A stretch of 64,000 bases of DNA from Nitrospirota bacterium (GTDB lineage Bacteria; Nitrospirota; Nitrospiria; Nitrospirales; Nitrospiraceae). The notes beneath the pieces are model-generated. The model was not told the DNA's origin. It saw only the letters and a list, made by a program, of their open reading frames with translations, and ran no database searches. Position numbers and translations under genes: made by a program. This document shows positions 61,916 through 64,000 of the stretch, one piece after another. Where the stretch lies: positions 1,376,001-1,440,000 of the forward strand of contig CAVPBK010000006.1 of NCBI GenBank assembly GCA_963701855.1. Reading direction: 5' to 3'. Position 1 is the stretch's first letter. Each line of letters opens with the position of its first letter.

Positions 61916-62278
61916 ATGGCGTTGTCCGGTCATGTGACGGGCTTGCTCAAAGAATACATGCGGGATCTGGTCGAGCAGGCGAAGCAAGAGACGGCGGCCC
62001 ATGCCTCCTTTGGTTTTTCCCCTACACCCTACCGGTCGGATCAGGCGCTGTCCGATTTGTTGGCCATTCTAGACGATCGCATTGAGTCCGAAGGGGTGCA
62101 AGTCGGATTACCGGACGGGTTTCTTCACCAGATGTGGGGGCTTTGTAACGATGCCCGTGCTCAGGTGACTGATCGTGTGTGGTTGGATATAAACAGCAGC
62201 GACCAGCCGTCGTCGAAGGCCAGGGTTCGAGAGTTGACCTATCGCGCGCTACTCGCCGTTCTCGAGTCTCCAAGCTAG
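61916..62278 (+). CDS. Hypothetical protein
   Basis: RBS AAGGAG, ATG 61916, helical 120 aa product. Confidence 0.75.
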   Translation: MALSGHVTGLLKEYMRDLVEQAKQETAAHASFGFSPTPYRSDQALSDLLAILDDRIESEGVQVGLPDGFLHQMWGLCNDARAQVTDRVWLDINSSDQPSSKARVRELTYRALLAVLESPS

Positions 62279-62455
62279 CCCGAACTGTTTATGAATACCT
62301 GCTACGTCAACTGGTCCTCTGGTCCGACGGGGCTTTTCTCGCTCGGCCTCCTCGACGGAATGCCCGTGCGCCTCCGTCGGCATTACTTGCGAGAAACCCA
62401 GGCTGGCTTCGGTTTCGAACGCCTCGCGACGGCATTTATAAATAATCCTGGTTGG
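62275..62455. repeat. Long nested hairpin, MITE-like element or structured RNA
   Basis: Imperfect terminal IR (CTGTTTATGAATA / CATTTATAAATAA); inner stems TTTCTCGC/GCGAGAAA and CGACGGA/TCCGTCG. Confidence 0.55.
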
Positions 62456-62466
62456 AGGAGCGATCA

Positions 62467-63642
62467 ATGAAGGGTGCAATCATATCCGGTGGCCCCGGGG
62501 CGTTGCTTCTAGGTCTTCTGCTGTGTTGGCCTGTGGGAGAGGCTGAGACGGGCGTTCGTGTGACGGAGTTGGAGGTCGATCTCGTGCCAGTGATTGCCCA
62601 AGGTCTTCAGTCGCCGCTCTATCTGACCCATGCAGGCGATGGGTCCAGGCAGCTTTTTGTCGTCGAGCAGCCTGGAACGATTCGAGTCATCGTGCAGGGC
62701 GTCCTTCAGGATAAGCCGTTTCTCGACATCACGAACCGGGTCTTGTCGGGAGGAGAGCGTGGATTGCTCGGGCTGGCGTTTCATCCGAACCACCGGAAGA
62801 ACGGCCGATTTTTCGTGAACTATACCAGGCGCAATGATGGTGCCACGGTCCTCGCTGAGTATCGTCGGCAGGGCCTGAGTCTACAGGCCTCGACCGAGGA
62901 GCGAACGCTGATGATCGTGCCTCAGCCCTATGCGAATCACAATGGGGGGATGGTGGCATTTGGACCGGATGGGTTTCTGTACGTCGGTCGAGGCGACGGC
63001 GGCTCAGGAGGCGATCCCCAGAATCGCGCACAGGACCCGGCGGAGCTGCTGGGGAAAATTCTCCGCATCGATGTGGATGGCGCGCCGCCCTATGCCATTC
63101 CAGCGGACAATCCATTCGCGCGCGCGGGTGGACGTCCTGAAATCTTTGCCTATGGGGTTCGGAATCCCTGGCGATTCTCCTTCGATCGTGAAACTGGAGC
63201 GCTCTGGCTTGCCGACGTCGGGCAGAACAAATGGGAAGAGATCGATCTTGTCACGCGAGGGGGCAACTACGGCTGGCATATCATGGAGGGAAGGCATTGT
63301 TTCCTTCCGGAGAAGGACTGTCAGGTTGAGGGGCTGATCATGCCGGCCTCCGAGTATGGCCACGACCAAGGCCGATGTTCAGTGACGGGAGGCTATGTCT
63401 ATCGAGGCCGGAATCTCCCTGCGCTCCAGGGGAGCTACCTATTCGGAGACTACTGCAGTGGAGAGATCTTTGCTGTTCTTGTCGGGAGCAGCGTTGCCGG
63501 AGACAGCGAGCCGCGCGTGCTTCGAAAGAGCGGAATGCGGATTTCTTCGTTCGGCGAGGACGAAATGGGTGAAGTCTATGTGGTTGATCACAGAGGAGGC
63601 CTGTACCGTCTCGGTCCTTCTCCCGCGCAGCCTGGTCGTTAG
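62467..63642 (+). CDS. PQQ-dependent glucose/sorbosone dehydrogenase family protein
   Basis: GERGLLGLAFHP, NHNGG, GDGG, GKILRID, G.RNPWR.SFD, GNYGW. Confidence 0.92.
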   Translation: MKGAIISGGPGALLLGLLLCWPVGEAETGVRVTELEVDLVPVIAQGLQSPLYLTHAGDGSRQLFVVEQPGTIRVIVQGVLQDKPFLDITNRVLSGGERGLLGLAFHPNHRKNGRFFVNYTRRNDGATVLAEYRRQGLSLQASTEERTLMIVPQPYANHNGGMVAFGPDGFLYVGRGDGGSGGDPQNRAQDPAELLGKILRIDVDGAPPYAIPADNPFARAGGRPEIFAYGVRNPWRFSFDRETGALWLADVGQNKWEEIDLVTRGGNYGWHIMEGRHCFLPEKDCQVEGLIMPASEYGHDQGRCSVTGGYVYRGRNLPALQGSYLFGDYCSGEIFAVLVGSSVAGDSEPRVLRKSGMRISSFGEDEMGEVYVVDHRGGLYRLGPSPAQPGR

Positions 63643-63705
63643 CGGGATGTTTAAAGGGCGGTCTTCGTACCAACCACAACCCTAGCGAACTTTCTCAGTC
63701 TACTG

Positions 63706-63999
63706 CTAAAGTTTCCCTGTCAGCCAATAGATCACTATGCCTGCTACTTCGGTCACTGCTTCCTTGGTGTGCTGTAGCTGGATATCGCTCGGCAAGACAT
63801 CAAACGGGTCAATGTCATCCAAACTCTCTCGTGGCAGGTTCTGTGAGACATAGTCGCAGGGGGCCGGCGTGACGCGGAAGCCTTGCTTCGTAAATACCGG
63901 GACCGCGCGTGGCAGATGGCTGGCTGAACTCACGAGTAGAATTGACGCGGGTCCGAGCAGCCGTTTGGTTCCTGCCGCGTTTTCGTAGGTGTTGCGGGC
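63706..63999 (-). CDS. YdcF/DUF218 family protein (3' part; runs off the window)
   Basis: RNTYENA...ILLVSSASHLPRA. Confidence 0.85.
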   Translation of the reverse strand, partial: ARNTYENAAGTKRLLGPASILLVSSASHLPRAVPVFTKQGFRVTPAPCDYVSQNLPRESLDDIDPFDVLPSDIQLQHTKEAVTEVAGIVIYWLTGKL

Positions 64000-64000
64000 T

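Overview
About 64 kb of bacterial chromosome, most likely from a Nitrospira (Nitrospirota). The taxonomy is an inference from the gene content, gene order and a Nitrospira-type intergenic repeat; there is no rRNA here to confirm it. Most of the window is housekeeping: rbfA'-truB-rpsO-pnp-M16 peptidase; mutS-lapA-tsaE-nnr-pdxJ; alaC-hom-thrC-apgM-like-lysC-cimA; ihfA-merR-tRNA-Pro-surE-dedA-cysS-rlmB; phoH-ybeY-ftsY; tatA/tatB; recQ; thrH. Five things stand out. (1) An orphan two-gene operon (5243-6482) encodes two secreted and apparently paralogous proteins, with a near-consensus sigma70 promoter, IHF site, operator-like palindrome and intrinsic terminator. (2) A 16 kb type IV pilus locus holds PilD, a PilB-like ATPase and two sets of minor pilins: a non-canonical set with a giant PilX-like protein, and a canonical set with PilY1 behind a sigma54/IHF promoter. 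All six frameshifts I found in the window fall in this locus. (3) A lipid A modification cluster (GT2, LAB_N, ArnT) converges on a PAP2 phosphatase. (4) There is a Cys-stapled alginate-export-type porin. (5) Several families of small repeats occur: MITE-like hairpins starting at TAG stops, 9-mer hairpins and 7-mer arrays, two of them inserted in frame in genes. I found no CRISPR array, integrase, transposase or prophage.
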